NCBI GenBank assembly: GCA_003171065.1
Contig: PMXQ01000149.1
Location: 123,558-187,557, forward strand
Reading direction: 5' to 3'
DNA from: Chloroflexota bacterium
Lineage (GTDB): Bacteria; Chloroflexota; Limnocylindria; Limnocylindrales; CSP1-4
Length of the DNA stretch: 64,000 nt
Position numbers and translations under genes: made by a program. Of the stretch, positions 25,387 through 34,829 are shown one piece after another; position 1 is the stretch's first letter; each line of letters begins with the position of its first letter. The notes beneath the pieces are model-generated. The model was not told the DNA's origin and did not search any database. It was given only the letters and a program-made list of their open reading frames with translations.

Positions 25387-27884
25387 GAGTCCCGCTGAGC
25401 TGGCTACGTGAGTACGTCGACGTCCAGCTGTCGCCCGAACAACTCGCCGAGCGACTGACCCTTTTGGGGATGGAAGTGAAAGGCGTCGAGCGCTGGGGCG
25501 CCGACTGGCGGTCCGTCGTCGTCGGCGAGCTGCTGACCGTCGAGAAGCACCCGTACGCCGATCGGCTCCATCTGACGACCGTCAATGTGGGCTCGGGTGA
25601 GCCGCTTCACATCGTCTGCGGCGCCCACAACATCGCTCCCGGCCAGCGCGTGCCGGTGGCGTTGGCCGGAGCGGTCCTGCCGGGTGGTCGCCGCATCGAG
25701 CGGACCGAGAAGATGGGCATCGCCTCGGAGGGGATGCTCTGCTCCGGCGACGAGCTGCACATCACCAGCGACGCCGAGGGGATTCTCATTCTCCCGCCGG
25801 CGACGCCACTGGGCCGCGACCTCAGCGAGCTGTACGGCGACGCGGTTCTGGACGTGGACGTGAAGCCCAATCGCGGCGACGCGCTGTGCCTGGTTGGCCT
25901 GGCACGCGAGGTCGCGGCGGTGACGGGTGCCGCCATCCGGTGGCCCGAGATCAGCGTCGAGGAAGTGGGCGATCCAGTTTCGGACAGGCTGAGGGTCGAG
26001 GTTCGCGAGCCCGAGCTGTGCACGCGTTTCGTCGGGCGCTGGGTCAGCGGGGCGAAGATCGGGCCCTCTCCTGACTGGGTTCAGATGCGCCTTCAGGCCG
26101 CCGGCATGCGCCCGGTCAGCAACGTCGTCGACGCCTCGAACTACGTCATGCTCGAGCTGGGCAAGCCGACCCACACTTTCAATGGCGCCGCGGTCAAGGA
26201 CGGCACCATCATCGTTCGCCTGGCGCTCCTGGGCGAGCGGCTCGAAACCCTCGATCACGTCGAGCGGGAGCTGACACCGGATACGCTGATCATCGCCGAC
26301 GCCAGCGGCCCCATCGGCATCGCCGGCATCATGGGCGGGTTCGACAGCGAAATCACGGACGCGACCACGGAAATCGCGATCGAGTCGGCCGTTTTCGACC
26401 CGGTGAGTATCCGCCGCACGGGGCACCAGTACTCCTTGCGCTCGGAGGCGAGCCTTCGCTTCGAGAAGGGCCAGGAGTTCCGCCTCGCTCGAATCGGTGC
26501 AGATCGGGTCGCCCAGCTCACCCTTGCGTGGGCAGGCGGCGCGCTCTCGAAGGGTCGCGTCGACACGGCGCCGACGGAGCCGGCGGCTGCCCGGATCGCT
26601 TTCCGGCCGGCCCGCGTCAGCAAGCTGCTCGGCGCCGAGATCTCGGTTGACGAACAGCGCACTCTGTTGCGCCGGGTCGGCGTGGAGACGGAACTGGCCT
26701 CGTCGGGCACTCGCATCCAGGTGTCCGGAGCCCCTAAGCCGCTTGTCGTCGACCCGGGATCCGAGCGGACGGTTGTTGCAATCGTGCCGACGTGGCGCCG
26801 CGACCTCGATATCGAAATGGACCTGGCTGAGGAGGTTGCTCGTGTTCGCGGCTACGAGACGACGCCGGCGCACCTCCCGGACACGCTGATGCCGGCCTAC
26901 CGGCCATCGCCCCTGGGGGTCCGCGAGCTGGTTCGTCAGACTCTGGCCGGCGCCGGGTTGAGCGAGGTCGTCACTCACGCGCTTGTTTCACCGCTGGACG
27001 AAGCCAGGCTGCCCTGGCCCGACGATGCCGGTGAGCCGGCCCTGCCTGCCAGTCTGGCTGCGCAGTCCGGCCACGAGATCGTGGTGACGAATCCACTCTC
27101 CGTCCAGCATTCCGTCCTGCGCCGGCATCTGGGCGCCAGCCTGCTCGACGTGCTGTCGCTCAACGAGCGGCAGGGCCGTTCGGACGTCGGCATCTTCGAA
27201 ATCGGGAAACGCTATGCGCGCGTGGCTGGACGGCCGCGCGAGTGGACTCGGCTTGCCATCCTGTTGACCGGGGCCGCCGAGCCGGCCGCCTGGAACCGCG
27301 CTGCGCGCCCCTATGACCTGGACGACGCGAAGGGCATCGTGGAGCTGCTGTGCCGGCGCCTGGGTCTTGCAGAGCCCTCGTACGTGCCCGACACACGCGG
27401 TTTCCCCTTCCACCCCGGCCGAGCGCTCCTGGTCCGGCAGGAATCCGGCGCCGAGGCCGTGGCCGGCCGCTTGGCGGAGCTGCATCCCGACGCAGTGGCG
27501 GCGTGGGATCTGCGCGCTCAGCGGGTGATCGTCGCCGAAGTCGCCCTCGCAGGGTTGGATGTGGCTGCGCCGTTGCGGGTGCACGTCGAGCCGCTCCCGC
27601 GCTTCCCCGAAGTCGAGCGGGACCTGGCCGTGATCGTCGCCGAGTCCCGCACCGCCGCCGAGGTTCAGTCCACGATCGAGAGGCACGGTGGCGTTCTGCT
27701 GCGTCGCGTCCGCCTCTTCGACCTGTATCGCGGTACGCCTCTGGCGGCCGACGAGAAGAGTCTGGCCTACCGGCTCGTGCTCGGGGCGAAGGACCGGACG
27801 CTGACGGAGCCAGAAGTCGACAGCGCGATTGAGGAGGTTCGAAATGGCCTCGAGACCGACATCGGCGCCCACCTCCGCACGTAA
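25383..27884 (+). CDS. pheT: phenylalanyl-tRNA synthetase beta subunit
   Basis: ATGA overlap with pheS. N-terminus MRVPLSWLREYV. tRNA-binding, B3/4, B5 and FDX-ACB regions are recognisable. Confidence 0.95.
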   Translation: MRVPLSWLREYVDVQLSPEQLAERLTLLGMEVKGVERWGADWRSVVVGELLTVEKHPYADRLHLTTVNVGSGEPLHIVCGAHNIAPGQRVPVALAGAVLPGGRRIERTEKMGIASEGMLCSGDELHITSDAEGILILPPATPLGRDLSELYGDAVLDVDVKPNRGDALCLVGLAREVAAVTGAAIRWPEISVEEVGDPVSDRLRVEVREPELCTRFVGRWVSGAKIGPSPDWVQMRLQAAGMRPVSNVVDASNYVMLELGKPTHTFNGAAVKDGTIIVRLALLGERLETLDHVERELTPDTLIIADASGPIGIAGIMGGFDSEITDATTEIAIESAVFDPVSIRRTGHQYSLRSEASLRFEKGQEFRLARIGADRVAQLTLAWAGGALSKGRVDTAPTEPAAARIAFRPARVSKLLGAEISVDEQRTLLRRVGVETELASSGTRIQVSGAPKPLVVDPGSERTVVAIVPTWRRDLDIEMDLAEEVARVRGYETTPAHLPDTLMPAYRPSPLGVRELVRQTLAGAGLSEVVTHALVSPLDEARLPWPDDAGEPALPASLAAQSGHEIVVTNPLSVQHSVLRRHLGASLLDVLSLNERQGRSDVGIFEIGKRYARVAGRPREWTRLAILLTGAAEPAAWNRAARPYDLDDAKGIVELLCRRLGLAEPSYVPDTRGFPFHPGRALLVRQESGAEAVAGRLAELHPDAVAAWDLRAQRVIVAEVALAGLDVAAPLRVHVEPLPRFPEVERDLAVIVAESRTAAEVQSTIERHGGVLLRRVRLFDLYRGTPLAADEKSLAYRLVLGAKDRTLTEPEVDSAIEEVRNGLETDIGAHLRT

Positions 27885-27959
27885 CCTCTCCCTGCCGCAG
27901 AAGGGAACGGCGGCCGCGCCGAACTTGTAGGTCACAAGCGGGCCGGTACGCTTGCCCCG

Positions 27960-27989
27960 TTGAACCTTGAACCGAAGCACTGGTAAGGT
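27960..27989 (+). promoter_or_regulatory. candidate promoter of cvpA (TTGAAC-18 nt-TAAGGT) overlapping an 8-bp hairpin
   Basis: Tandem TTGAACC TTGAACC at 27960-27973 and TAAGGT at 27984-27989. Hairpin CGAAGCAC-tggtaag-GTGCTTCG. Confidence 0.3.
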
Positions 27990-28073
27990 GCTTCGCGGCG
28001 GTTCGGGCGCTGCTAACCTAGCCGCGTTCGCGCCAGAAGGCCCTTCTCCGTCTCAAGGATGCGAGGGAGACCA

Positions 28074-28640
28074 ATGATCGGAGGAATCGAGTCCGCGCCG
28101 CTGGTCGATCTGGCGATCCTGATCGTCCTGTTTGGGGCATTCGTCGTCGGCGCGATGCAGGGTGCCATCCGGCGGATTCTGGGGATCGTCTCGATCGTGT
28201 TCGCCTTCCTTGTGGCAGCCAACCTGCGCGATCCCGTCGGCGGTTACCTGGCCGACCAATGGCAGCAATACCCGTCCGGTTACGACCACCTGCTTGCCTT
28301 CGGGACTCTGTTCGGCGCCTTGACCGTGGGCTTCTCGGTGCTGATCCAGGGCTTCTACAAGCACACCGAGCTCTCCGCGGCCCATCCCATCCTCGACGAC
28401 ATCGTCGGCGGCTTGCTGGGCCTGCTGGAAGCGTTCATCGTGCTGACGATCGTGGTCATCATTCTGGGCTCCTACACTTTGCCAGATCCTTTCCCGGGCG
28501 AAATCGATCAGCTTCGGAGCTTGTACCAGCTGATGAACCAGTCCCACATCGCCGGCGCGATACTGGACACAGTGGTGCCGCCTGTGGTTCACGTGCTGGC
28601 AGGTCTGCTGCCCAGCGACCTGGTTTCGATCTTCCCCTGA
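28074..28640 (+). CDS. cvpA: CvpA-family membrane protein
   Basis: ATG at 28074 follows GAGGGAG. Four TM helices with the CvpA-like N-terminus LVDLAILIVLFGAFVVGAMQGAIRRILG. Confidence 0.75.
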   Translation: MIGGIESAPLVDLAILIVLFGAFVVGAMQGAIRRILGIVSIVFAFLVAANLRDPVGGYLADQWQQYPSGYDHLLAFGTLFGALTVGFSVLIQGFYKHTELSAAHPILDDIVGGLLGLLEAFIVLTIVVIILGSYTLPDPFPGEIDQLRSLYQLMNQSHIAGAILDTVVPPVVHVLAGLLPSDLVSIFP

Positions 28641-28684
28641 GCGAGCCTCAAACGGTCGAATCCAGGCCCCTTTACTCCGACAAC

Positions 28685-29374
28685 GTGTACCCGCGCCGTC
28701 TGCTCGCGGAGGACAGCATTGCGGCGGCGTGCGGGCTTCTCGGCGCTCGGCTGGTCCGAAGCGACGGTTGGGGCGCAAGAGTTGGCAGGATCGTCGAGAT
28801 CGAGGCCTACATAGGGACAGACGACAGGGCGTCTCATGCGCGCTTTGGGCCGACGCGGCGCAACGGCGTCATGTTCGGCCCACCGGGCCACGCCTACGTG
28901 TACCTTGTTTATGGGATGCACCACTGCTTGAACGTCGTCACCGAGCCGCGCGGGTTCGCCGCCGCTCTGCTCGTGAGGTCAATCGAACCGCTCGAGGGAG
29001 GGGACCTGATGCGCCGTGCCCGCGAGGAGTGGGTCGTGGCTCGCGCCGCTCGTCGTGGCTCCGCTCTCGGGAGCTCCGCACGGGCCGCCGCCGCCCGCCA
29101 GAGAGTGGCCGCGCTGCCCCTCGCGCGGCTCGCCTCCGGACCGGGCCTGGTCTGCGCCGCCTTCTCGATCGGGCTCGGCGAGGATGGCGCCGACCTTTGC
29201 AATCCGGCCGCGTCGCTCCACCTGGAGCCGGCCCGCCCGGGTGATCCGGCTCTCGAGCCGGCGTTCGGCCCGCGTGTTGGGCTGGGCGCGACGCCGGAGC
29301 CGTGGCTCAGCAAGCCATGGCGGGTCTGGGCTGCGGGTAACCCCGCCGTGTCCGGCCCGAGGACACGCCGATGA
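28685..29374 (+). CDS. mpg: DNA-3-methyladenine (alkylpurine) glycosylase, Mpg/AAG family
   Basis: GRIVEIEAYIGTDDRASHARFGPTRRNGVMFGPPGHAYVYLVYGMHHCLNVV. The start (GTG 28685) is uncertain. Confidence 0.8.
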   Translation: MYPRRLLAEDSIAAACGLLGARLVRSDGWGARVGRIVEIEAYIGTDDRASHARFGPTRRNGVMFGPPGHAYVYLVYGMHHCLNVVTEPRGFAAALLVRSIEPLEGGDLMRRAREEWVVARAARRGSALGSSARAAAARQRVAALPLARLASGPGLVCAAFSIGLGEDGADLCNPAASLHLEPARPGDPALEPAFGPRVGLGATPEPWLSKPWRVWAAGNPAVSGPRTRR

Positions 29375-31830
29375 CCGCGCCCATTCCCGAGAACCCGGCC
29401 ACCGCGCATTCAGCCGCGACGCCCCGCACGGGCACGGGTATGGATCGGCGCTCGATGGCGCTGCTGGAATTCCCGCTCGTCCGCGCCCGTCTCGCCGCCG
29501 CGACCGGATTCCCACCCGGTCGTCGCCTGGCGGAGGCCCTGGAGCCGTCCACCGATGCCGTGATCGTTGCCCGCGGGCTTGAGGAGACCACTCAGACGCG
29601 CGGCTTCGTGGCGGGCCACCCGGGCGCCGGCATCGGCGGCAGCAAGGACATCGGACCGTCGCTGGAGCGCGCTGCCCGGGGTGGCCGCCTGGATCCGGGG
29701 CAGTTCCTCGACATTGCGTGGACGCTTGAAGCCGCCTCTCGGCTGGCAGAGTCGCTATCCGGCGATAGCCGGCCGATCCTGCGAGATCTCGGCCGCGAGA
29801 TCCACCCGCTGCCGGCCCTGCGCAGCGTGCTCGGACGCAGCTTCGACCCGACCGGCGAGCTCCTGGATACGGCGTCGCCACGCCTCGGGGGACTGCGCCG
29901 GGCGGTTCGCATCGCCTACGACCGGCTGCGCACTCGGCTGGATCAGCTGGTCCACTCCGGCGATCTGGCGAGCGCTCTTCAGGAGCCGCTCGTGACCTTG
30001 CGCGGTGGCAGGTACGTGATACCAGTTCGGGCCGACGCCCGCGCACGGGTCAAAGGCATCGTCCACGACGCCTCCGGCAGCGGCCAGACGCTGTTCGTGG
30101 AACCACTGGTGGCGGTCGAGCTGGGCAACGCCTGGCGCGAGGCGCAGGTTGCCGAGCTGACCGAGGTGGAGCGGATCCTCGACGAGCTTTCGACCGTCGT
30201 GGCCGGCCAGGCACCGCAGCTTCGCGAGACGCTCGAAGCCCTTGCCAGGTTCGACTTCTGGGCCGCCAAGGCGCGTCTGGCTGAAGAGATGGACGCCATC
30301 GCTGCCGAGATCGCGACTCGACCCGAGATCGTGATGCTGGGAGCACGCCATCCAGGTCTTTCGGGCCGTGTCGTGCCGATCGACATCCGCCTCGGCGACG
30401 GCTACACCGCGCTGCTGATCACGGGTCCGAACACCGGCGGAAAGACAGTCGCGCTTCGAACCCTGGGTCTGCTGAGCCTCATGCATCAAGCCGGCTTACA
30501 CGTGCCGGCTGAGGCGGGCACGAAGCTGCCGGTTCTCTCCGACGTCTACGCCGACATCGGGGACGAGCAGTCGGTCGCGCAGTCTCTCTCCACCTTCAGC
30601 GGGCACCTGCGTTCGATCGTTCGAATCGTCGAGGCGGCCGGGCCGAACCGGTTGGTTCTGCTCGACGAGCTGGGCGCCGGAACGGATCCGACCGAAGGCT
30701 CCGCGCTGGCCCAGGCCCTGCTCGATCACTTCATCAGAGCCGGCGCCCTCGTTGCCGCGACCACCCACTACGCCGAGCTGAAGCTGTACGCCCACACAAC
30801 GCCGCAGGCCCGCAACGCTTCGGTCGAGTTCGACGTGGAGACGCTGCGGCCGACCTACCGCCTGTCGATCGGCCTGCCGGGGCAGAGCCAGGCCTTCGCC
30901 ATAGCGGAACGGCTGGGCCTCCCGACGGCCATCGTCGAAGATGCGCGCTCGCGGCTCACGGACGAGCAGCAGGCGTTCGAGGAGACGCTGGCCTCGATAA
31001 AGGCCGCGCAGCTCGAGACGACCGAAGCGCTGGCGCGGGCGCGGACCGCCGAGGACCGGGCCAGGGTCGCCCTGGCGTCGGCGGAGGACGAAAGACGCCA
31101 CGCCCGACGCGAGCGAGACGAATCAGTCAAGGCCGCGCGAGACGAAGCCGAGCGGGTCGTCGACGACGTCAGAGGCGAAGTGCGGACGATCCGCCGCCAG
31201 CTCGAGCGCGAGACGGTGACGCAGCGCAGCCTCGACGAGGGCCTCGAGCGGGCCCGGACACAGGTGGACCGCCTCCGCGCAACCGAGCCCGAGCCGGTGC
31301 GAACGATGCCCCCGGGCGCGGTCGCGTGGCGCACGGGAATGCGCGCCCGCAGCATGAGCGGCGGTTGGGAAGGTCGCGTTGCCGCGCTGGAGAAGGGCGG
31401 CCGGCGGGCCACGCTGGAGGCCGGAGGGATACGGGTGACAGTGCCTATCGAGGACCTCGAGCCGGCCGTCGGTGGAGAAGGGGAGACGGCGGCCATCGGT
31501 TCGCGGCCGGGCGGCCGGCGCCCGATCGTCGCCGGCGAAACGGAGTCCGGGGGAACCGCGTCGCGACTGCAGCTGGAACGTGCCCGCACGGTCGCGTCTT
31601 CACTGGATCTTCGCGGCGCCAAGGTCGTGGAGGCGCTCGAGGTTCTGGACCGCTACCTCGACGATGCCTCGCTGGCGGGCCTGGACCAGGCCACGATCAT
31701 CCACGGGCTCGGCACCGGTGCGCTCCGGGACGCGGTCCGCGACTACGCCTCCGGGCATCCGCTCGTCAAGTCGTGGCGCCCCGGCGGGCGAGGGGAGGGC
31801 GGCGACGGGGCCACGGTGGTGGCTCTCTGA
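29371..31830 (+). CDS. mutS2: endonuclease MutS2
   Basis: ATGA overlap with mpg. Walker A GPNTGGKTV. C-terminal Smr domain (LDLRGAKVVEALEVLDRYLD...IIHGLGTGALR). Confidence 0.9.
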   Translation: MTAPIPENPATAHSAATPRTGTGMDRRSMALLEFPLVRARLAAATGFPPGRRLAEALEPSTDAVIVARGLEETTQTRGFVAGHPGAGIGGSKDIGPSLERAARGGRLDPGQFLDIAWTLEAASRLAESLSGDSRPILRDLGREIHPLPALRSVLGRSFDPTGELLDTASPRLGGLRRAVRIAYDRLRTRLDQLVHSGDLASALQEPLVTLRGGRYVIPVRADARARVKGIVHDASGSGQTLFVEPLVAVELGNAWREAQVAELTEVERILDELSTVVAGQAPQLRETLEALARFDFWAAKARLAEEMDAIAAEIATRPEIVMLGARHPGLSGRVVPIDIRLGDGYTALLITGPNTGGKTVALRTLGLLSLMHQAGLHVPAEAGTKLPVLSDVYADIGDEQSVAQSLSTFSGHLRSIVRIVEAAGPNRLVLLDELGAGTDPTEGSALAQALLDHFIRAGALVAATTHYAELKLYAHTTPQARNASVEFDVETLRPTYRLSIGLPGQSQAFAIAERLGLPTAIVEDARSRLTDEQQAFEETLASIKAAQLETTEALARARTAEDRARVALASAEDERRHARRERDESVKAARDEAERVVDDVRGEVRTIRRQLERETVTQRSLDEGLERARTQVDRLRATEPEPVRTMPPGAVAWRTGMRARSMSGGWEGRVAALEKGGRRATLEAGGIRVTVPIEDLEPAVGGEGETAAIGSRPGGRRPIVAGETESGGTASRLQLERARTVASSLDLRGAKVVEALEVLDRYLDDASLAGLDQATIIHGLGTGALRDAVRDYASGHPLVKSWRPGGRGEGGDGATVVAL

Positions 31831-31965
31831 GCTGAGCCCGTATTCGTCGATATGCGGCGCCCGACCCCCGATTCCAGCCTGAGCCCGCATTCGGGGCCGA
31901 GGGATGCGAGAATCGGTCAGCTGCGGCCCGGTCCGTCCCCGCGTCGCGGCGTTGTGGAGGAGCTG

Positions 31966-33072
31966 GTGCACAGAGCGCAAGAGGCCGCTTCCGGCATGCC
32001 CCACGTCATCGACGCGAGCGGCTGGCCGGCGGTGGATTGGGACGCCGTGGCGGCCCGGAGCCTGCTTGGCGACGCTTTCCAGTCGTACGAATGGGGCGAG
32101 GTCAAGCGCAGCCTGGGCTGGACGCCGCTTCGGTACACCGTTGAGCTGGACGGCCGCCGCGTCGCCGTCGTCTTCATCCAGGAGCGACCGCTCATGCGCC
32201 GCGCTCGCGGGCCGCTGGCGCGCCTGCGCGTCCATTACGCGCCCCGGGGCCCGATCCTCCTGGAGCCTACGCCTGAGGCCGCCAGGGCGGCCCTGGAGGC
32301 ACTCAAGGGCATCGCGCGCGCCCGCCACAGCGTGACGCTCACCATCGACCCCATCTGGCGCGAGGACGGGATATTGGCGGCCACACTGCCAGGGTCGGGA
32401 TTCCGCCCCGCGGCGCGCGAGGTCCAGGTTTCGCGCACCGCGATGCTGATACCGCTGCGCGCCGACGAAGAGGAGCAGCACGCGCTCCTGGACGACTCGA
32501 CGGCCACCAACATCAACAAGGCCCGCCGTGCGGGAGTGGCCACCGAACGGATCGACCTGACGTCGCCGGCCGTCGGCGAGGCGGCACTGGCCGAGTTCTT
32601 CGACATGCACGCCGCCACCGGCCGGCGCGAGGACTTCCTCGTGCGCGCCCGTGACTACGAGCTGAACCAGTGGCGGAGTCTCGGCCAGGCAGGCCTGGCC
32701 AGCCTCTGGTTCGCCAGTGTTGACGGGCGGCGGCGGAGCGGCCTGCTACTGCTCCACTGCGGCCGGAACGTCGTGCTGTTCGCCGCCGGTTCCCCCGACG
32801 ACGCCGACCTGCGCAAGAATCGAGCGAATCACCTGCTGCATTGGTCGATCATGCGCTGGGCCGTGACGGCCGGATTCGAAGGCTACGATCTCGGCGGCGT
32901 CGACACGCACGCCTTCCCCGGCCTGCCCAAGGACAGCTCCCACCCGCTCTGGAACCTGTACGAGTTCAAGCGCCGCCTTGGAGCGGTTGGCGAGGTCCGC
33001 ATTCGGGCCCACGAATATGCGCCGAGTGCGGTCATGGGTGCTCTCTGGCGACTCGCGCGGCGCTTCCGATGA
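31966..33072 (+). CDS. FemAB-family peptidoglycan bridge-forming aminoacyltransferase-like protein
   Basis: FQSYEWGEVKRSLGW..., LLHCGRNVVLFAAGS, NHLLHWSIMRWAVTAGFEGYDLGG, LYEFKRRLG. The start is uncertain (GTG 31966 after GGAGGAG, or ATG 31852/31996). Confidence 0.7.
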   Translation: MHRAQEAASGMPHVIDASGWPAVDWDAVAARSLLGDAFQSYEWGEVKRSLGWTPLRYTVELDGRRVAVVFIQERPLMRRARGPLARLRVHYAPRGPILLEPTPEAARAALEALKGIARARHSVTLTIDPIWREDGILAATLPGSGFRPAAREVQVSRTAMLIPLRADEEEQHALLDDSTATNINKARRAGVATERIDLTSPAVGEAALAEFFDMHAATGRREDFLVRARDYELNQWRSLGQAGLASLWFASVDGRRRSGLLLLHCGRNVVLFAAGSPDDADLRKNRANHLLHWSIMRWAVTAGFEGYDLGGVDTHAFPGLPKDSSHPLWNLYEFKRRLGAVGEVRIRAHEYAPSAVMGALWRLARRFR

Positions 33073-34829
33073 GCGGCAACCTCGGACCGCGCCGCCCCGC
33101 CGCGGGGAAGCCGGGACGGCCATCGCCGCGCCACGAGGCGTGGCAGCCCCGCCGAACGCTCCAGCCGGCGCGCGAGGTCGCGGCGGGAGACGCCGTGCTC
33201 GCGGGCGACCCCACCAACCCGGCCACGCCCGGCCTGTCCGACGCGTCCGCTGCCCGGCTCGGCGGTCGCGCGATCGCCCTGGCCGGAGTGGTCGTCGTTG
33301 CGGGGGTGGTTCTGTCGCGACTGCTGGGCTGGGTCAGGGTCGCCGTGTTTGCCGCGCAGTACGGCACCGGATCGCAGATCTCGGCGTTCTACGTGGCTTT
33401 CCGGATCCCAGATACTCTCTTTCAGCTCGTTGCCGCTGGAGCCGTCGGCTCGGCGCTGGTCCCGGTTGCGTCCGCACTCCTGGTAAACGGTGAGGAACGC
33501 CGGGCGCGGCGGCTCGTCGCCACGATAGCCAACCTGATGGTCATGGCTCTGGTGCCGCTGGCCGTGCTGGTGTGGCTGGCGGCGCCGGTAATCGTGCCCA
33601 TCATTGGGCCCAGCGCGGACCCGACGCAAGTCGCGCTGGAGATCGACCTGACGCGCTGGATGCTGATCTCGCCGATCTTCCTGGCGATGGCCGCGGCCTT
33701 CACGGCCGGACTCAATGCGGCCGGGATCTTTGGCGCCCCTGCTCTGGCGCCCAACATCTACAACCTGGTAATCATCGGCGCCACAGTCGCGTTGACGCCC
33801 TTCATGGGCATCCAGGGGCTGGCGGCGGGCGTGGTGCTGGGGGCGGCCGGACATATGGGAATCCAGGCCTACGCCGTTCGCAAGCAGGGACTGTATGGGT
33901 TAGTGCTCGACCTCGGCGATCCCGCCGTGAAGGAAACATTGAAGCTCATGGCGCCGCGGGCGCTCGGACTCGGAGTGACGCAGATCGTGTTCCTGGTGAA
34001 CACCTTCTTCGCCGTCCAGCTGACTAACCTCGGCGGTCAGGGGATCCAGGGCATGGACATCTACACCTATGCCTTCACGGCGCTTCAGATTCCCGTGGGC
34101 CTGATCGGCGTACCGCTTGGGATCGTGCTCCTGCCTCCGCTGTCGCAGGCGATTGCCCGGGGCGACAGGGAGCGCTTCGGCCGGCTGGTCGATCAGGCGC
34201 TGCGACTCACGCTGTACGTGGTCATTCCGCTCACCGGACTGATGCTGGTGCTCGCGACCCCGACGCTCACCCTCCTCTTCCAGCACGGCATCTTCACGCC
34301 GGCCGCGACGTCCATCGCCGTACCGGTTTTCACCGTTTTCCTGCTCGGGCTCGTGGCCCATGTGCTGATCTCATTGCTCGCGCCGATCTTCTACGCCGGC
34401 AAGGACACTCGGACCCCGGTTACGGCGGCTCTCCTGGCCGTCGCGGTCGACGTCGTCGCCGCCGCGTTGCTGTTTCCGCAATTCGGACTCAACGGCCTGG
34501 CACTCGCGATCGGCCTGGGGGCGTGGGCGGAGGTCTCGATGCTGTTCTACTTCATCCGGCGCCGGCAGGGCTTCGATCTTCGACCCCTTGGCCTGACCGT
34601 GGCCTTCGCCGTTCCAGGGGCGTCCCTCACGGCAGCCGCGGCGCTCGCTGCCGACCGGTTCGTTTCCGGCCTGACGCACAACTCGGGATCGTTTCCGGCC
34701 CTTGTCCTGGAGCTCGGGCTGGCCAGCCTCGCCGGCGCGGCCGTCTATCTCGGCTGGAGCCGCCTCTTGCGGCTACCCGAGCTGGCTATCGCCACCGATC
34801 TCGTGAAGACGCTGCTGCGACGCTCGTGA
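33069..34829 (+). CDS. murJ: lipid II flippase MurJ
   Basis: ATGA overlap with the FemAB-like gene. About 14 TM helices. N-terminal signature [33 protein letters not shown]. Confidence 0.85.
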   Translation: MSGNLGPRRPAAGKPGRPSPRHEAWQPRRTLQPAREVAAGDAVLAGDPTNPATPGLSDASAARLGGRAIALAGVVVVAGVVLSRLLGWVRVAVFAAQYGTGSQISAFYVAFRIPDTLFQLVAAGAVGSALVPVASALLVNGEERRARRLVATIANLMVMALVPLAVLVWLAAPVIVPIIGPSADPTQVALEIDLTRWMLISPIFLAMAAAFTAGLNAAGIFGAPALAPNIYNLVIIGATVALTPFMGIQGLAAGVVLGAAGHMGIQAYAVRKQGLYGLVLDLGDPAVKETLKLMAPRALGLGVTQIVFLVNTFFAVQLTNLGGQGIQGMDIYTYAFTALQIPVGLIGVPLGIVLLPPLSQAIARGDRERFGRLVDQALRLTLYVVIPLTGLMLVLATPTLTLLFQHGIFTPAATSIAVPVFTVFLLGLVAHVLISLLAPIFYAGKDTRTPVTAALLAVAVDVVAAALLFPQFGLNGLALAIGLGAWAEVSMLFYFIRRRQGFDLRPLGLTVAFAVPGASLTAAAALAADRFVSGLTHNSGSFPALVLELGLASLAGAAVYLGWSRLLRLPELAIATDLVKTLLRRS

